This document shows, piece after piece, positions 9,330 through 19,794 of a stretch of 34,722 nucleotides of DNA. The translations under genes and the position numbers were made by a program. The notes beneath the pieces were generated by a model. It worked only from the letters and a program-made list of their open reading frames with translations, ran no database searches and was not told the DNA's origin. Position 1 is the first letter of the stretch; each line of letters starts with the position of its first letter. This DNA comes from Sphingobacterium thalpophilum (GTDB taxonomy: Bacteria; Pseudomonadota; Gammaproteobacteria; Burkholderiales; Burkholderiaceae_C), in the NCBI GenBank assembly GCA_943369045.1, contig CALRME020000001.1, positions 1 to 34,722 of the forward strand, in the 5' to 3' direction.

Positions 9330-9362
9330 ATGTCTGTGCCAATCAATGTCTCGCGGGGTACT

Positions 9363-9368
9363 TACAAT
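9363..9368 (+). promoter_or_regulatory. Putative sigma70 -10 box for the SET-birA operon
   Basis: TACAAT about 70 bp upstream of the SET ATG; no clear -35. Confidence 0.4.
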
Positions 9369-9376
9369 CCCGCTTT

Positions 9377-9417
9377 CACGCGCGCGTATACGCGTACGCG
9401 CGCACGTGTGTGCATAT
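9377..9417. other. 41-bp perfect alternating pyrimidine-purine tract (Z-DNA / cruciform potential)
   Basis: CACGCGCGCGTATACGCGTACGCGCGCACGTGTGTGCATAT: every step alternates Y/R. Nested palindromes CGCGTATACGCG and CGCGTACGCG. Confidence 0.9.
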
Positions 9418-9439
9418 TCAACTTAACAGACTTTTCCAG

Positions 9440-9904
9440 ATGCCTGCAAAACCAGCCCGAAGAATCCAGACCCGCCTGTCAGGCGTGCACGGCAAGGGGG
9501 TGTTCGCAGTGCAGGACATCGCCGAGGGCGAAACCATCATCGAATACACGGGCGAAGTGGTCAGCTGGAAGGAAGCCCAGCGCCGCCACCCGCACGACCC
9601 CAAGGACCCGAACCATACCTTTTACTTCCACATGGATGAAGACCATGTGATCGACGCAAAGTTCGGCGGCAATTCCTCGCGCTGGATCAACCACAGCTGC
9701 AACCCCAACTGCGAAGCCGACGAAGAGGGCGGCCGGGTGTTCATCAAGGCGCTGCGCAACATCAAGGCCGGCGAAGAGCTCAACTACGACTACGGCCTGA
9801 TCATCGACGAGCGCTATACACCCAAGCTCAAGGCCGAATACCCCTGCTGGTGCGGTGCGAAGAAGTGCCGCGGCACCCTGCTGGCGCCCAAGCGGGGCCG
9901 GTAA
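9440..9904 (+). CDS. SET domain protein-lysine N-methyltransferase
   Basis: HGKGVFA, IIEYTGE, RWINHSCNPN, EELNYDY and post-SET CWCGAKKCRG. ATG at 9440 preferred. Confidence 0.95.
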   Translation: MPAKPARRIQTRLSGVHGKGVFAVQDIAEGETIIEYTGEVVSWKEAQRRHPHDPKDPNHTFYFHMDEDHVIDAKFGGNSSRWINHSCNPNCEADEEGGRVFIKALRNIKAGEELNYDYGLIIDERYTPKLKAEYPCWCGAKKCRGTLLAPKRGR

Positions 9905-9907
9905 GCC

Positions 9908-10675
9908 GTGATCTGGCCCTCGGAGTCGGTCTGGGAGGCGGTGTACCCGCTTCTGCCCGACTTCACGGTCGAGGTGCTGCCCGAGATTGATTCGACCAAT
10001 ACCGAGCTGATGCGCCGGGCCCGTGCCGGTCGGCTGGAGCCGGTGCTGCTGGTGGCGGAGCAACAGACAGCCGGCCGGGGCCGCCTGGGGCGGGGCTGGC
10101 ACAGCAACGCAGGTGATTCGCTGACTTTTTCGCTGGGCCTGCCGCTGGCACCGGCCGACTGGTCGGGCCTGTCGCTGGCCGTGGGCGTGAGCCTGGCCGA
10201 AAGCCTGCACCCGCGCGTGCGGCTCAAATGGCCCAACGACCTGTGGCTCGATGACCGCAAGCTGGCCGGCGTCCTGATCGAAACCGCGAGCTTCGGCGAA
10301 GGCGCACAGGCCAGGCGCTACGCCGTCGTCGGCGTGGGCATCAATATCAGGCAGCCGGGGGCAGCCCAGGCAGGCGGGCTGTCCACGCCGCCTGCCGGTT
10401 TGCAGGATCTGTTGCCCGAAGCCGGCGCGGGCGATGCGCTGCTGCGCATTGCGGCGCCGCTGGTGCAGACACTGCTGGCTTTCGAGACCTTCGGCTTCAT
10501 GCCGTTCCAGGCCCGCTTCAATGCCCGCGACGTGCTGCGCGACCGTGCCGTGGCGCTGAGCGACGGCACAGCCGGGACGGCCCACGGCGTGAGCGAGGCC
10601 GGCGCCCTGCTGGTGCATACTGCGCACGGCATGAAAACAGTCACCAGCTCCGAAGTGAGCGTCCGCCCGGCCTGA
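9908..10675 (+). CDS. birA: Biotin--[acetyl-CoA-carboxylase] ligase (no N-terminal HTH)
   Basis: IDSTN, QTAGRGRLGR, KWPNDL, KLAGVLIE, GVGINI. Confidence 0.95.
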   Translation: MIWPSESVWEAVYPLLPDFTVEVLPEIDSTNTELMRRARAGRLEPVLLVAEQQTAGRGRLGRGWHSNAGDSLTFSLGLPLAPADWSGLSLAVGVSLAESLHPRVRLKWPNDLWLDDRKLAGVLIETASFGEGAQARRYAVVGVGINIRQPGAAQAGGLSTPPAGLQDLLPEAGAGDALLRIAAPLVQTLLAFETFGFMPFQARFNARDVLRDRAVALSDGTAGTAHGVSEAGALLVHTAHGMKTVTSSEVSVRPA

Positions 10676-10677
10676 CC

Positions 10678-11334
10678 ATGTTGCGGCTCCTCGTCCTTAT
10701 CCTGTTGCTGGGCAATGGCGCCTACTTCGCCTGGTCCACCGGCCTGCTGCGCTCCTACGGCTTCGCACCGCTGCAGCAGGCGGAGCCGCAGCGCCTGACC
10801 CAGCAGATCCGGCCGGAAGCGCTGCGGGTGCTGGGAACGGAAGAGGTGCGGCGCATCGAAACCGCCGCCACCGCCACGGCCAGGCCGCCCGAATGCCTGC
10901 AGGCCGGCCTGTTTGACGAAGCCCAGGCCACGCAGCTGCGTCCGCTGCTGGAAGCGCTGCCATCGGGCAGCTGGGTCCTGGAGGGCGCCGTGGAGCCGGC
11001 CCGCTGGATTGTCTACATGGGCAAGTACCTCACGGTCGAGAACGTCAACCGCAAGAAGGCCGAGCTGCGCCAGCTGGGCGTTTCTTTCGAGAATCTTTCC
11101 AATGCGTCGCTGGAGCCAGGGCTGTCGCTGGGCGGCTTCCCGACCCAGGCCGCCGCCAATGACCAGCTCAATGCGCTCGCCAAAAGCGGCGTGCGCACGG
11201 CCAAGGTGGTGCAGGAGCGCGCCGAGCAGCGCGGCCAGTTGCTCAAGTTCGCCGCCGTGGACGATGCGCTGCGGCCTCGGCTCGATGAGATCAAGCCGGC
11301 CCTGAACGGCAAGACGCTGCGGTCTTGCCGCTAG
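10678..11334 (+). CDS. SPOR domain-containing membrane-anchored protein
   Basis: N-terminal TM helix; SPOR-like C-terminus (LSLGGFPTQAAANDQLNALAKSGVRTAKVV); usual position after birA. Confidence 0.75.
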   Translation: MLRLLVLILLLGNGAYFAWSTGLLRSYGFAPLQQAEPQRLTQQIRPEALRVLGTEEVRRIETAATATARPPECLQAGLFDEAQATQLRPLLEALPSGSWVLEGAVEPARWIVYMGKYLTVENVNRKKAELRQLGVSFENLSNASLEPGLSLGGFPTQAAANDQLNALAKSGVRTAKVVQERAEQRGQLLKFAAVDDALRPRLDEIKPALNGKTLRSCR

Positions 11335-11360
11335 CCTTTCGGATTCCCCAGGAGATTGCG

Positions 11361-12032
11361 ATGACCTTGAAGCTCTACTTCGCCCCGGGCGCCTGCTCGT
11401 TCGTTCCCCACACCATGCTGGAGGCGGCGGGCGAGCCGTTCGAGACCTCCATGGTCAAGCTCCACAAGGGCGAGAACTACGCCGACGAGTACAAGGCCAT
11501 CAACCCGCGCAGCCAGGTGCCGGTGCTGGTGGATGGCGGCGAGACCATCACGCAGATCGTTGCCATCGTGGGCTACCTGAACGACCGCTTTCCGCAGCTC
11601 GAATTCCTGCCGCGCGAGCCGCTGGCCCGGGCCCGTGCGATTGAAATACTGGCGTGGATGAACAACACCGTGCACCCGACCTTCACCCACATCTTCATGC
11701 CGCACAAGTTTGCCGGCGATGAAGCCGTGTTCGGGGAGCTCAAGGCGCACAACACGCAGCTCTACCGCGGCATGCTGGGCGAGCTGGAAGCGATGGTCAA
11801 GGCGGCTGCCGCCAGGGGCCATGCCTGGCTGACCGGTGCGAACTTCGGGCCGCTCGACGCCTACGCGCTCACGCTATTGCGCTGGGGCAGCATCGCCGGC
11901 ATCGACCCGCAGGACTTTCCGCAGCTGTGGGCCCATGTGCAGCGCGTTGCCTTGCTGCCGCATGTGGCCCGCGCGATGGAGCGCGAGCGTCTTCAGCTCA
12001 ATCTCTACAAGCCACCGACAGCAACCGTTTGA
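11361..12032 (+). CDS. Glutathione S-transferase (beta-class-like)
   Basis: LYFAPGACS, INPRSQVPVL, C-terminal helical domain; AGGAG RBS before the ATG at 11361. Confidence 0.93.
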   Translation: MTLKLYFAPGACSFVPHTMLEAAGEPFETSMVKLHKGENYADEYKAINPRSQVPVLVDGGETITQIVAIVGYLNDRFPQLEFLPREPLARARAIEILAWMNNTVHPTFTHIFMPHKFAGDEAVFGELKAHNTQLYRGMLGELEAMVKAAAARGHAWLTGANFGPLDAYALTLLRWGSIAGIDPQDFPQLWAHVQRVALLPHVARAMERERLQLNLYKPPTATV

Positions 12033-13462
12033 TCCTTCTCGAAGCGCACGATCACGCGCGTGCCCGGCGGTGTGGCGTTTGGGTGCGCATCCTGCAGCGA
12101 CACGGTGGCGCCATGCTGGCGCGCGATCTCCAGCACGATGGGCAGGCCCAGGCCTGAGCCGTCCACGCCGGAGCCCAGCGCGCGGTAGAAGGGCTGGAAC
12201 ACCAGTTCGCGTTCAGCCTCGGGAATGCCGGGGCCCGTGTCCTCCACCTGAAGCACCAGCACCTGGCCGAACGGGTCGGACAGCACGCGGGCCGTGATGA
12301 TGCCGGGCTTGTCGGGGCTGGACGGCGTGTAGCCAATCGCGTTGTCCACCAGGTTGCGGATCATTTCCTTGAGCAGGGTCGGGTTGCCTTCCAGCATTAC
12401 GCCGGGTGCGCCCGGCTCGGCGCCGTCATAGCCCAGGTCGATGTGGCGGTCCATCGCGCGGGGTACCGAGTCCTGCACCACGTCCATGGTCAGGCGTGCG
12501 AGGTCGCATGGCAGGCGCGCCACGGCGGCGCCGCTGCTCTCGGCCCGGGCGAGGGCCAGCAACTGGTTGACGGTGTGGGTCGCGCGCACGCTGGAGCGGC
12601 CGATCTGTTTGAGCGACTGTTTGAGCTCGTCGGCGCTGGCGCCTTCGCGCTGCGCCAGGTCGGCCTGCATGCGCAGGCCCGCCAGTGGTGTCTTGAGCTG
12701 GTGCGCCGCGTCGGCCAGGAAGCGCTTTTGCGTGGCGATCGAGTCCTTGAGCCGGGTGAGCAGGTCGTTGACCGACGACACCAGCGGGGCGACTTCCAGC
12801 GGCACGGCGCGGTCGTCCAGCGGCGAGAGGTCGTCGGACTTGCGCTGGCGGATGCGCTCTTCCAGCTGGTTGAGCGGCTTGATGCCGCGTACCAGTGCCA
12901 GCCACACCAGCAGCACCGCCAGCGGCAGGATCACGAACTGGGGCAGCATCACGCCCTTGATGATTTCCGTGGCCAGCACCGAGCGCTTTTCGCGCGTCTC
13001 GGCCACCTGCACCAGCGCCATCTGGCTGCCGGGCAGGTCGACCTTGACCCAGACGTAGGCAACCCGCACGTCCAGGCCGCGCATCTCCTCGTCGCGCAGG
13101 TGCACATCGCCGGCCAGCAGCTTCTCGTCTTCCGGCGGGGCAGGGAAATCGCGCTCGCCGCTGAGGAATTCGCCCTTGGGGCCCAGCACCTGGTAGTAGA
13201 TGAGGTCGGAGTCGTCGGCGCGAAGGATCTCGCGCGCCGGGCCGGGCAGGTTGAACTGCGCGCGCTGGTTGCTCACGACGATGAGCTGCGCGAGCGCCGT
13301 GACGTTGTATTCCAGCGCGCGGTCGAACGGCTTGCCGGCGATGCTCTGCGCCACCAGCCAGGTCAGCGCCAGGCTGACCGGCCACAGCAGCAGCAGGGGC
13401 GTGAGCATCCAGTCAAGGATTTCGCCGAACAGCGAACGCTGCTCACGCTGGAAGATCTTCAT
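12005..13462 (-). CDS. Sensor histidine kinase, TctE/QseC-like
   Basis: Two TM helices, HAMP, H-box DAAHQLKTPL, N-box NLVDNA, G-boxes DTGPGI and GSGLGL. Confidence 0.93.
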   Translation of the reverse strand: MKIFQREQRSLFGEILDWMLTPLLLLWPVSLALTWLVAQSIAGKPFDRALEYNVTALAQLIVVSNQRAQFNLPGPAREILRADDSDLIYYQVLGPKGEFLSGERDFPAPPEDEKLLAGDVHLRDEEMRGLDVRVAYVWVKVDLPGSQMALVQVAETREKRSVLATEIIKGVMLPQFVILPLAVLLVWLALVRGIKPLNQLEERIRQRKSDDLSPLDDRAVPLEVAPLVSSVNDLLTRLKDSIATQKRFLADAAHQLKTPLAGLRMQADLAQREGASADELKQSLKQIGRSSVRATHTVNQLLALARAESSGAAVARLPCDLARLTMDVVQDSVPRAMDRHIDLGYDGAEPGAPGVMLEGNPTLLKEMIRNLVDNAIGYTPSSPDKPGIITARVLSDPFGQVLVLQVEDTGPGIPEAERELVFQPFYRALGSGVDGSGLGLPIVLEIARQHGATVSLQDAHPNATPPGTRVIVRFEKDQTVAVGGL

Positions 13463-13472
13463 GCGGCGCCGG

Positions 13473-14147
13473 TCATCCCGGGATCTTCTCCAGGCAGTAG
13501 CCCAGGCCACGCACGGTGGCAATGCGGATCGGGCCCTTCTCGATCTTCTTGCGCAGGCGGTGGATGTAGACCTCGATGGCGTTGTTGCTTACCTCTTCGC
13601 CCCATTCGCACAGGCGCTCGACCAGCTGGTCCTTGCTGACCAGCCGGCCGGCGCGCTGCAGCAGCACTTCAAGCAGGCCCAGTTCGCGGGCGGAAAGCTC
13701 GACCATCTTGCCGTCTATGGTGGCGACGCGGCCGGCCTGGTCGTACACCAGCGGCCCGTGCTTGATGGTGCTGCTGGTGCCGCCCATGCCGCGGCGCGTG
13801 AGGGCTCGCACGCGTGCCTCGAGCTCCTGGAGCGAGAAGGGCTTGGCCATGTAGTCGTCGGCGCCGTAGTCCAGCCCCTTGACGCGCTCTTCCACGCTGT
13901 CGGCGGCCGTCAGGATCAGCACCGGCATCGAGGAGCCGCGCCCGCGCAGCTTGCGCAGCACTTCCAGGCCGTGCATTTTGGGCAGGCCCAGGTCCAGGAT
14001 CAGCAGGTCGAACTCGTTGTTGGTCATCAGGGCCGCGTCGGCCTCTGTGCCGCTGGCCACATGGTCAACGGCCGCACCCGAGGCGCGCAGCGTGCGCAGC
14101 AGGCCATCGGCGAGCACCTGGTCGTCTTCGGCAATCAGTATCCGCAT
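13473..14147 (-). CDS. OmpR-family response regulator, TctD-like
   Basis: LIAEDD, LILDLGLP, GADDYMAKPF, IEVYIHRLRKK, TVRGLGY. Confidence 0.95.
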   Translation of the reverse strand: MRILIAEDDQVLADGLLRTLRASGAAVDHVASGTEADAALMTNNEFDLLILDLGLPKMHGLEVLRKLRGRGSSMPVLILTAADSVEERVKGLDYGADDYMAKPFSLQELEARVRALTRRGMGGTSSTIKHGPLVYDQAGRVATIDGKMVELSARELGLLEVLLQRAGRLVSKDQLVERLCEWGEEVSNNAIEVYIHRLRKKIEKGPIRIATVRGLGYCLEKIPG

Positions 14148-14169
14148 GGCCTGTCTCCTCTTGTTTGGT

Positions 14170-14700
14170 TCATTTTAGGCTTGGCGTCGCGCCGTACGCA
14201 CCCGCGTAAGCCTCCAGCCCCAGCGCGACGACGGTGGCGACGTCCCTGCCCACTTCGGCGCGGAATTCGGCTTCGGCCTGCGCCACTGCCTGGCGGAAGG
14301 CGCGTAGCCAGGCCAGGCCCGTGTCGGTGAACTGCACCAGCCGTGCCCGGGCGTCCAGCGGGTCGGGTGTGCGAGTGACCAGGCCCCAGGCCTCGCACTG
14401 GTCGACAAGGTCGCCCATGGCCTGCTTGCTCATGCCGGCGCGCACGGCCATGTCCGTCAGGCGCGAGCCTTCCAGCGCGACGTGGCGGGTGATGTGGACA
14501 TGCGCGGCGCTGACCCGCGCGCGGGCGGCGAGGTTGGACAGGGCCAGCGGCACGTCGATGTTGTGGGCCATGAGTTCGAGCACGCGCTCGTCGAAGCGGC
14601 GCATGGCGTGGCCCAGCAGGCGGCCCAAGTGCGTCTGGCGCCAGCCGTCTTCGACGGGAATTCCTGGGGCTTCTGGCGTGGCGGCGGGCTCGGAAGACAT
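14170..14700 (-). CDS. MarR family transcriptional regulator
   Basis: wHTH RLTDMAVRAGMSKQAMGDLVDQCEAWGLV; DPLDARARLVQFT. Start at ATG 14700 is inferred. Confidence 0.88.
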   Translation of the reverse strand: MSSEPAATPEAPGIPVEDGWRQTHLGRLLGHAMRRFDERVLELMAHNIDVPLALSNLAARARVSAAHVHITRHVALEGSRLTDMAVRAGMSKQAMGDLVDQCEAWGLVTRTPDPLDARARLVQFTDTGLAWLRAFRQAVAQAEAEFRAEVGRDVATVVALGLEAYAGAYGATPSLK

Positions 14701-14767
14701 GGCATTTATAGTAAAGCAAACTGACCAAAATAGGCGTTTACTTTGTTGATCAAGCCACGTTAAAGTA

Positions 14768-14800
14768 CTGGTCAAGCATCCAGCCTGTGAATAAAAACAA
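14768..14800 (+). promoter_or_regulatory. Tandem LexA (SOS) boxes upstream of recA
   Basis: (TA)CTGGTCAAGCATCCAG (CTG-N10-CAG) at 14768-14783 and CTGTGAATAAAAACAA (one mismatch to CTGT-N8-ACAG) at 14785-14800, just after a TAAAGT -10-like hexamer. Confidence 0.75.
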
Positions 14801-14843
14801 CTGGAAGCCACCATTCAACCTGTTGATTCACAAGGAGATTTTC

Positions 14844-15893
14844 ATGGACGCACAAGTCAAGGGCACCCGCATCAACTCGCCGGACAGCGAGAAATCCAAG
14901 GCCTTGCAGGCCGCATTGGCCCAGATCGAGAAGCAGTTTGGCAAGGGCACCATCATGCGGCTGGGCGAGGGCGAGGCCCTGGAAGACATCCAGGTCGTCT
15001 CCACCGGCTCGCTGGGCCTGGACATCGCCCTGGGCGTGGGCGGCCTGCCGCGCGGCCGAGTCATTGAAATCTACGGCCCGGAATCGTCGGGCAAGACCAC
15101 CCTCACACTGCAGGTCATTGCCGAAATGCAGCGCCAGGCCGGCACCTGCGCCTTCGTCGACGCCGAGCACGCGCTGGACGTGCAATACGCGCAGAAGCTG
15201 GGTGTGAACCTGTCGGACCTGCTGATCAGCCAGCCCGACACGGGCGAACAGGCCCTGGAAATCGTGGACAGCCTGGTGCGCTCGGGGGCAGTGGACCTGA
15301 TCGTCATCGACTCGGTGGCGGCGCTGACGCCCCGTGCTGAAATTGAAGGCGAAATGGGCGACTCGCTGCCCGGCCTGCAGGCCCGCCTGATGAGCCAGGC
15401 CCTGCGCAAGCTCACGGCCACCATCAAGAAGACCAACTGCATGGTCATCTTCATCAACCAGATCCGCATGAAGATCGGCGTGATGTTCGGCAGCCCCGAA
15501 ACCACGACCGGCGGCAATGCACTGAAGTTCTACGCCTCGGTCCGCCTGGACATCCGCCGCACCGGCACCATCAAGAAGGGCGAAGAGGCTATCGGCAACG
15601 AAACCAAGGTCAAGGTGGTCAAGAACAAGGTCTCACCCCCGTTCAAGACGGCGGAATTCGACATCCTGTTCGGCGAAGGCATCAGCCGCCTGGGCGAAAT
15701 CATCGACATGGGGGTGAACGAGCGCGTGATCGAGAAGTCGGGCGCCTGGTACGCCTACAACGGCGAGAAAATCGGCCAGGGCCGTGACAACGCCCGCGAA
15801 TTCCTGCGCGAGAACCCCGAGCTGGCCTTCGAGATCGAGAACAAGGTGCGGGCAGCAGTCGGCATCCCTCTGCTGGCGCCCGACGCCGAGTAA
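14844..15893 (+). CDS. recA: Recombinase RecA
   Basis: [46 protein letters not shown]; AAGGAG RBS before ATG 14844. Confidence 0.99.
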   Translation: MDAQVKGTRINSPDSEKSKALQAALAQIEKQFGKGTIMRLGEGEALEDIQVVSTGSLGLDIALGVGGLPRGRVIEIYGPESSGKTTLTLQVIAEMQRQAGTCAFVDAEHALDVQYAQKLGVNLSDLLISQPDTGEQALEIVDSLVRSGAVDLIVIDSVAALTPRAEIEGEMGDSLPGLQARLMSQALRKLTATIKKTNCMVIFINQIRMKIGVMFGSPETTTGGNALKFYASVRLDIRRTGTIKKGEEAIGNETKVKVVKNKVSPPFKTAEFDILFGEGISRLGEIIDMGVNERVIEKSGAWYAYNGEKIGQGRDNAREFLRENPELAFEIENKVRAAVGIPLLAPDAE

Positions 15894-15906
15894 GCAAGCA
15901 CTCGCA

Positions 15907-16359
15907 ATGCAGGCGACAGGCCAGCTTTCGCTCAAGGGCCGCGCGCTGCGGCTGCTCGGTGCGCGTGAGCATTCCCGCGTGGAGCTGGAGCGCAAGCTGG
16001 CCTCGCATGAGCAGGAGCCTGGCCAGCTTCGCCGCATCCTGGACGAGTTGCAGGCCAAAGGCTTCATCAACGAGCAGCGGGTGGTGGAGTCGGTGATCCA
16101 CCAGCGCGCCGCCAAGGTGGGCGTAGCGCGCATCCGGCACGAGTTGCAGGGCAAGGGCCTTGCGCCGGAGATGGTGCTCGATGCCGTGGAGCAGCTGCAA
16201 TCCACCGAAGTGGAGCGCGCGCGGGAGGTCTGGTCGAGGAAGTTCGGGGAACTGCCGGCCGACGCAGCGGCACGTGGCAAGCAGATGCGTTTCCTGGCTT
16301 CGCGTGGCTTCGGTGCCGAAGCGATCCACAAGGTGCTGTCCCGCTCCCGGGACGACTGA
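15907..16359 (+). CDS. recX: Recombination regulator RecX
   Basis: SLKGRALRLLGAREHSRVELERKL...RFLASRGF; directly after recA. Confidence 0.96.
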   Translation: MQATGQLSLKGRALRLLGAREHSRVELERKLASHEQEPGQLRRILDELQAKGFINEQRVVESVIHQRAAKVGVARIRHELQGKGLAPEMVLDAVEQLQSTEVERAREVWSRKFGELPADAAARGKQMRFLASRGFGAEAIHKVLSRSRDD

Positions 16360-16374
16360 GCCGGTTGGCCGGGC

Positions 16375-17298
16375 CTAGAGGCCCAGCATCAGCTTGAGGT
16401 TCTGGACAGCGGCGCCGCTGGCGCCCTTGCCCAGGTTGTCCAGCCGCGCCACCAGAACAGCCTGGCTGAATTCGTCGTTGCCGAACACCCGCAGTTCCAT
16501 CTTGTTGGTGTCGTTCAGTGCCAGCGGGTCGATCTTGCCGCCTTCGATCGGCGCCTCGACCGTGACCCATTCGCTGCCGGAATAATGTTTATTCAAGGCA
16601 GCCTGCAAATCTGCCGTTTTGGGCTTTCCCGGCAGGGTGTCCAGATGCAGCGGGAGCTCCACCAGCATGCCCTGGCGGTAGTTGCCGACCGACGGAATGA
16701 AGATGGGCCGGCGCGTGAGGCCGGTGTACTTCACGATCTCGGGCAGGTGCTTGTGCTTCATGCCCAGGCCATAGGTTTCGAAGGCCGGCGCTTCGCCCTT
16801 TTCATGGGCTTCGATCATGGTCCTGCCGCCGCCAGAGTAGCCGCTCACGGCAGGAAGCACGACCGGGTAATCGTTGGGCAGGATGCCCGCGTCAATCAGC
16901 GGGCGGATCAGCGCGATGGCGCCGGTGGAGTAGCAGCCGGGGTTGCTGACGCGCTGGGCCGAAGCGACTGCTTGCCTCTGACCGGGCGCCAGTTCAGGAA
17001 AGCCGAACACCCAGCCCGGCGCCACGCGGTGGGCCGTTGAGGCGTCGATGATCTTGGGGCCTGGCTTGCCGGAGGTCTTCGCGATGTCGTCGACCATGGC
17101 AGCCGATTCGCGCGCCGCGTCGTCGTGCAGGCACAGGATCACCAGATCAACGCCGGCCATCAGTTCACGTTTGGCGGACGCGTCCTTTCGCAACTCGGGC
17201 GCGATGCTCACGAGTTCGATCTGCGGCATCTTTTCGAGCCGCTCGCGAATCTGCAAACCGGTGGTTCCGGCTTCGCCGTCGATGAAAACCTTGGCCAT
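16375..17298 (-). CDS. argC: N-acetyl-gamma-glutamyl-phosphate reductase (type 2)
   Basis: [50 protein letters not shown]. Confidence 0.97.
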   Translation of the reverse strand: MAKVFIDGEAGTTGLQIRERLEKMPQIELVSIAPELRKDASAKRELMAGVDLVILCLHDDAARESAAMVDDIAKTSGKPGPKIIDASTAHRVAPGWVFGFPELAPGQRQAVASAQRVSNPGCYSTGAIALIRPLIDAGILPNDYPVVLPAVSGYSGGGRTMIEAHEKGEAPAFETYGLGMKHKHLPEIVKYTGLTRRPIFIPSVGNYRQGMLVELPLHLDTLPGKPKTADLQAALNKHYSGSEWVTVEAPIEGGKIDPLALNDTNKMELRVFGNDEFSQAVLVARLDNLGKGASGAAVQNLKLMLGL

Positions 17299-17458
17299 TT
17301 CTCGTCCTGTGCAACTGCTGCCCGTCACTGTAAGGCATGCACGCATTTTGTGCATTGCAGCATGATACAGTTGAAGGCTGTTTCCTGCAGCCCGTGGTTA
17401 CAGGCGACCAGCGCCCCTTTGCGGGGCACAAGACCACCCCGTTCCTGAGAGAGACCTC

Positions 17459-18622
<1,164 letters not shown>

Positions 18623-18672
18623 TTTTGCGGGACAGATCTTCAGCTCTGTCCCCAACTGACTAGGAACAAGAC

Positions 18673-19566
18673 ATGTCGATCTACATCAACAAAGACACCA
18701 AGGTCATCACCCAAGGCATCACCGGCAAGACCGGCCAGTTCCACACTGAGAAGTGCCAGGAATATGCCAACGGCAAGAACTGCTTCGTCGCGGGCGTAAA
18801 CCCCAAAAAGGCCGGCGAGTCGATCTTCAATATCCCGATCTTCGGCTCGGTCAAGGAAGCAGCCAGGCAGACCGGCGCCACGGTGTCGGTGATCTATGTG
18901 CCGCCTCCCGGTGCCGCCGCGGCGATCTGGGAAGCTGTTGAAGCCGACCTGGACATGGCCATCTGCATCACCGAAGGCATTCCGGTTCGCGACATGCTGG
19001 AAGTGCGCAACCGCATGAAGGCCAAGGAAGCGGCGGGCGGCAAGAAGACCCTGCTGCTGGGCCCCAACTGTCCCGGCCTGATCACCCCCGATGAAATCAA
19101 GATCGGCATCATGCCCGGCCACATCCACCGCAAGGGTCGCATCGGAGTCGTCTCGCGTTCGGGCACGCTGACGTATGAAGCCGTGGCGCAGCTGACCGAA
19201 ATCGGACTGGGCCAGTCCAGCGCCGTGGGCATTGGCGGAGACCCGATCAATGGCCTCAAGCACATCGACGTGATGAAGGCCTTCAATGACGATCCGGACA
19301 CCGACGCGGTCATCATGATCGGCGAAATTGGCGGTCCGGACGAGGCCGACGCGGCCCGTTGGTGCAAGGCCAACATGAAGAAACCCGTCGTAGGCTTCAT
19401 CGCAGGCGTCACCGCCCCGCCCGGCAAGCGCATGGGCCATGCCGGTGCGCTGATCTCCGGCGGCGCCGACACCGCGGAAGCGAAACTCGCCATCATGGAA
19501 GAGAGCGGCTTCACGGTGACGCGCAACTTCTCCGAACTGGCCAAGCTGCTCAAGGGCAAGCTGTAA
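18673..19566 (+). CDS. sucD: Succinate--CoA ligase alpha subunit
   Basis: QGITGKTG, GPNCPG, SRSGTLTYE, phospho-His motif RMGHAGA. Confidence 0.99.
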   Translation: MSIYINKDTKVITQGITGKTGQFHTEKCQEYANGKNCFVAGVNPKKAGESIFNIPIFGSVKEAARQTGATVSVIYVPPPGAAAAIWEAVEADLDMAICITEGIPVRDMLEVRNRMKAKEAAGGKKTLLLGPNCPGLITPDEIKIGIMPGHIHRKGRIGVVSRSGTLTYEAVAQLTEIGLGQSSAVGIGGDPINGLKHIDVMKAFNDDPDTDAVIMIGEIGGPDEADAARWCKANMKKPVVGFIAGVTAPPGKRMGHAGALISGGADTAEAKLAIMEESGFTVTRNFSELAKLLKGKL

Positions 19567-19621
19567 GCAGAACTACGCACGACCATCTTTTCGCCCGGGG
19601 CTAAACTGCCGGGCGCAAAGC

Positions 19622-19660
19622 GAAGCGCTCCAAACGCCTGTTTTGAGCGCTTCTTTTTTT
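19622..19660 (+). terminator. Intrinsic terminator after sucD
   Basis: GAAGCGCTC...GAGCGCTTC stem followed by T7. Confidence 0.85.
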
Positions 19661-19794
19661 GGCCGTTTGTCCGGCGACCCTTCGCCGGCAACGATTTTTT
19701 GCCAAACTTGACGCCCGTCAAGAGCTTTTAGGCGCATTCGTCAGAGGATGCGCGACGCGAATCAGTCAATACAACATACAACAGGAGATAGCTG

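Noticed and set aside
12005-12032. Convergent overlap of the GST and histidine kinase 3' ends
   Set aside because: Short tail-to-tail overlaps are common; no evidence of function.
19660-19794. yybP-ykoY (Mn2+) riboswitch upstream of terC
   Set aside because: Could not find the characteristic GGGGAGUA / GAGACC elements; an Rfam scan would settle it.
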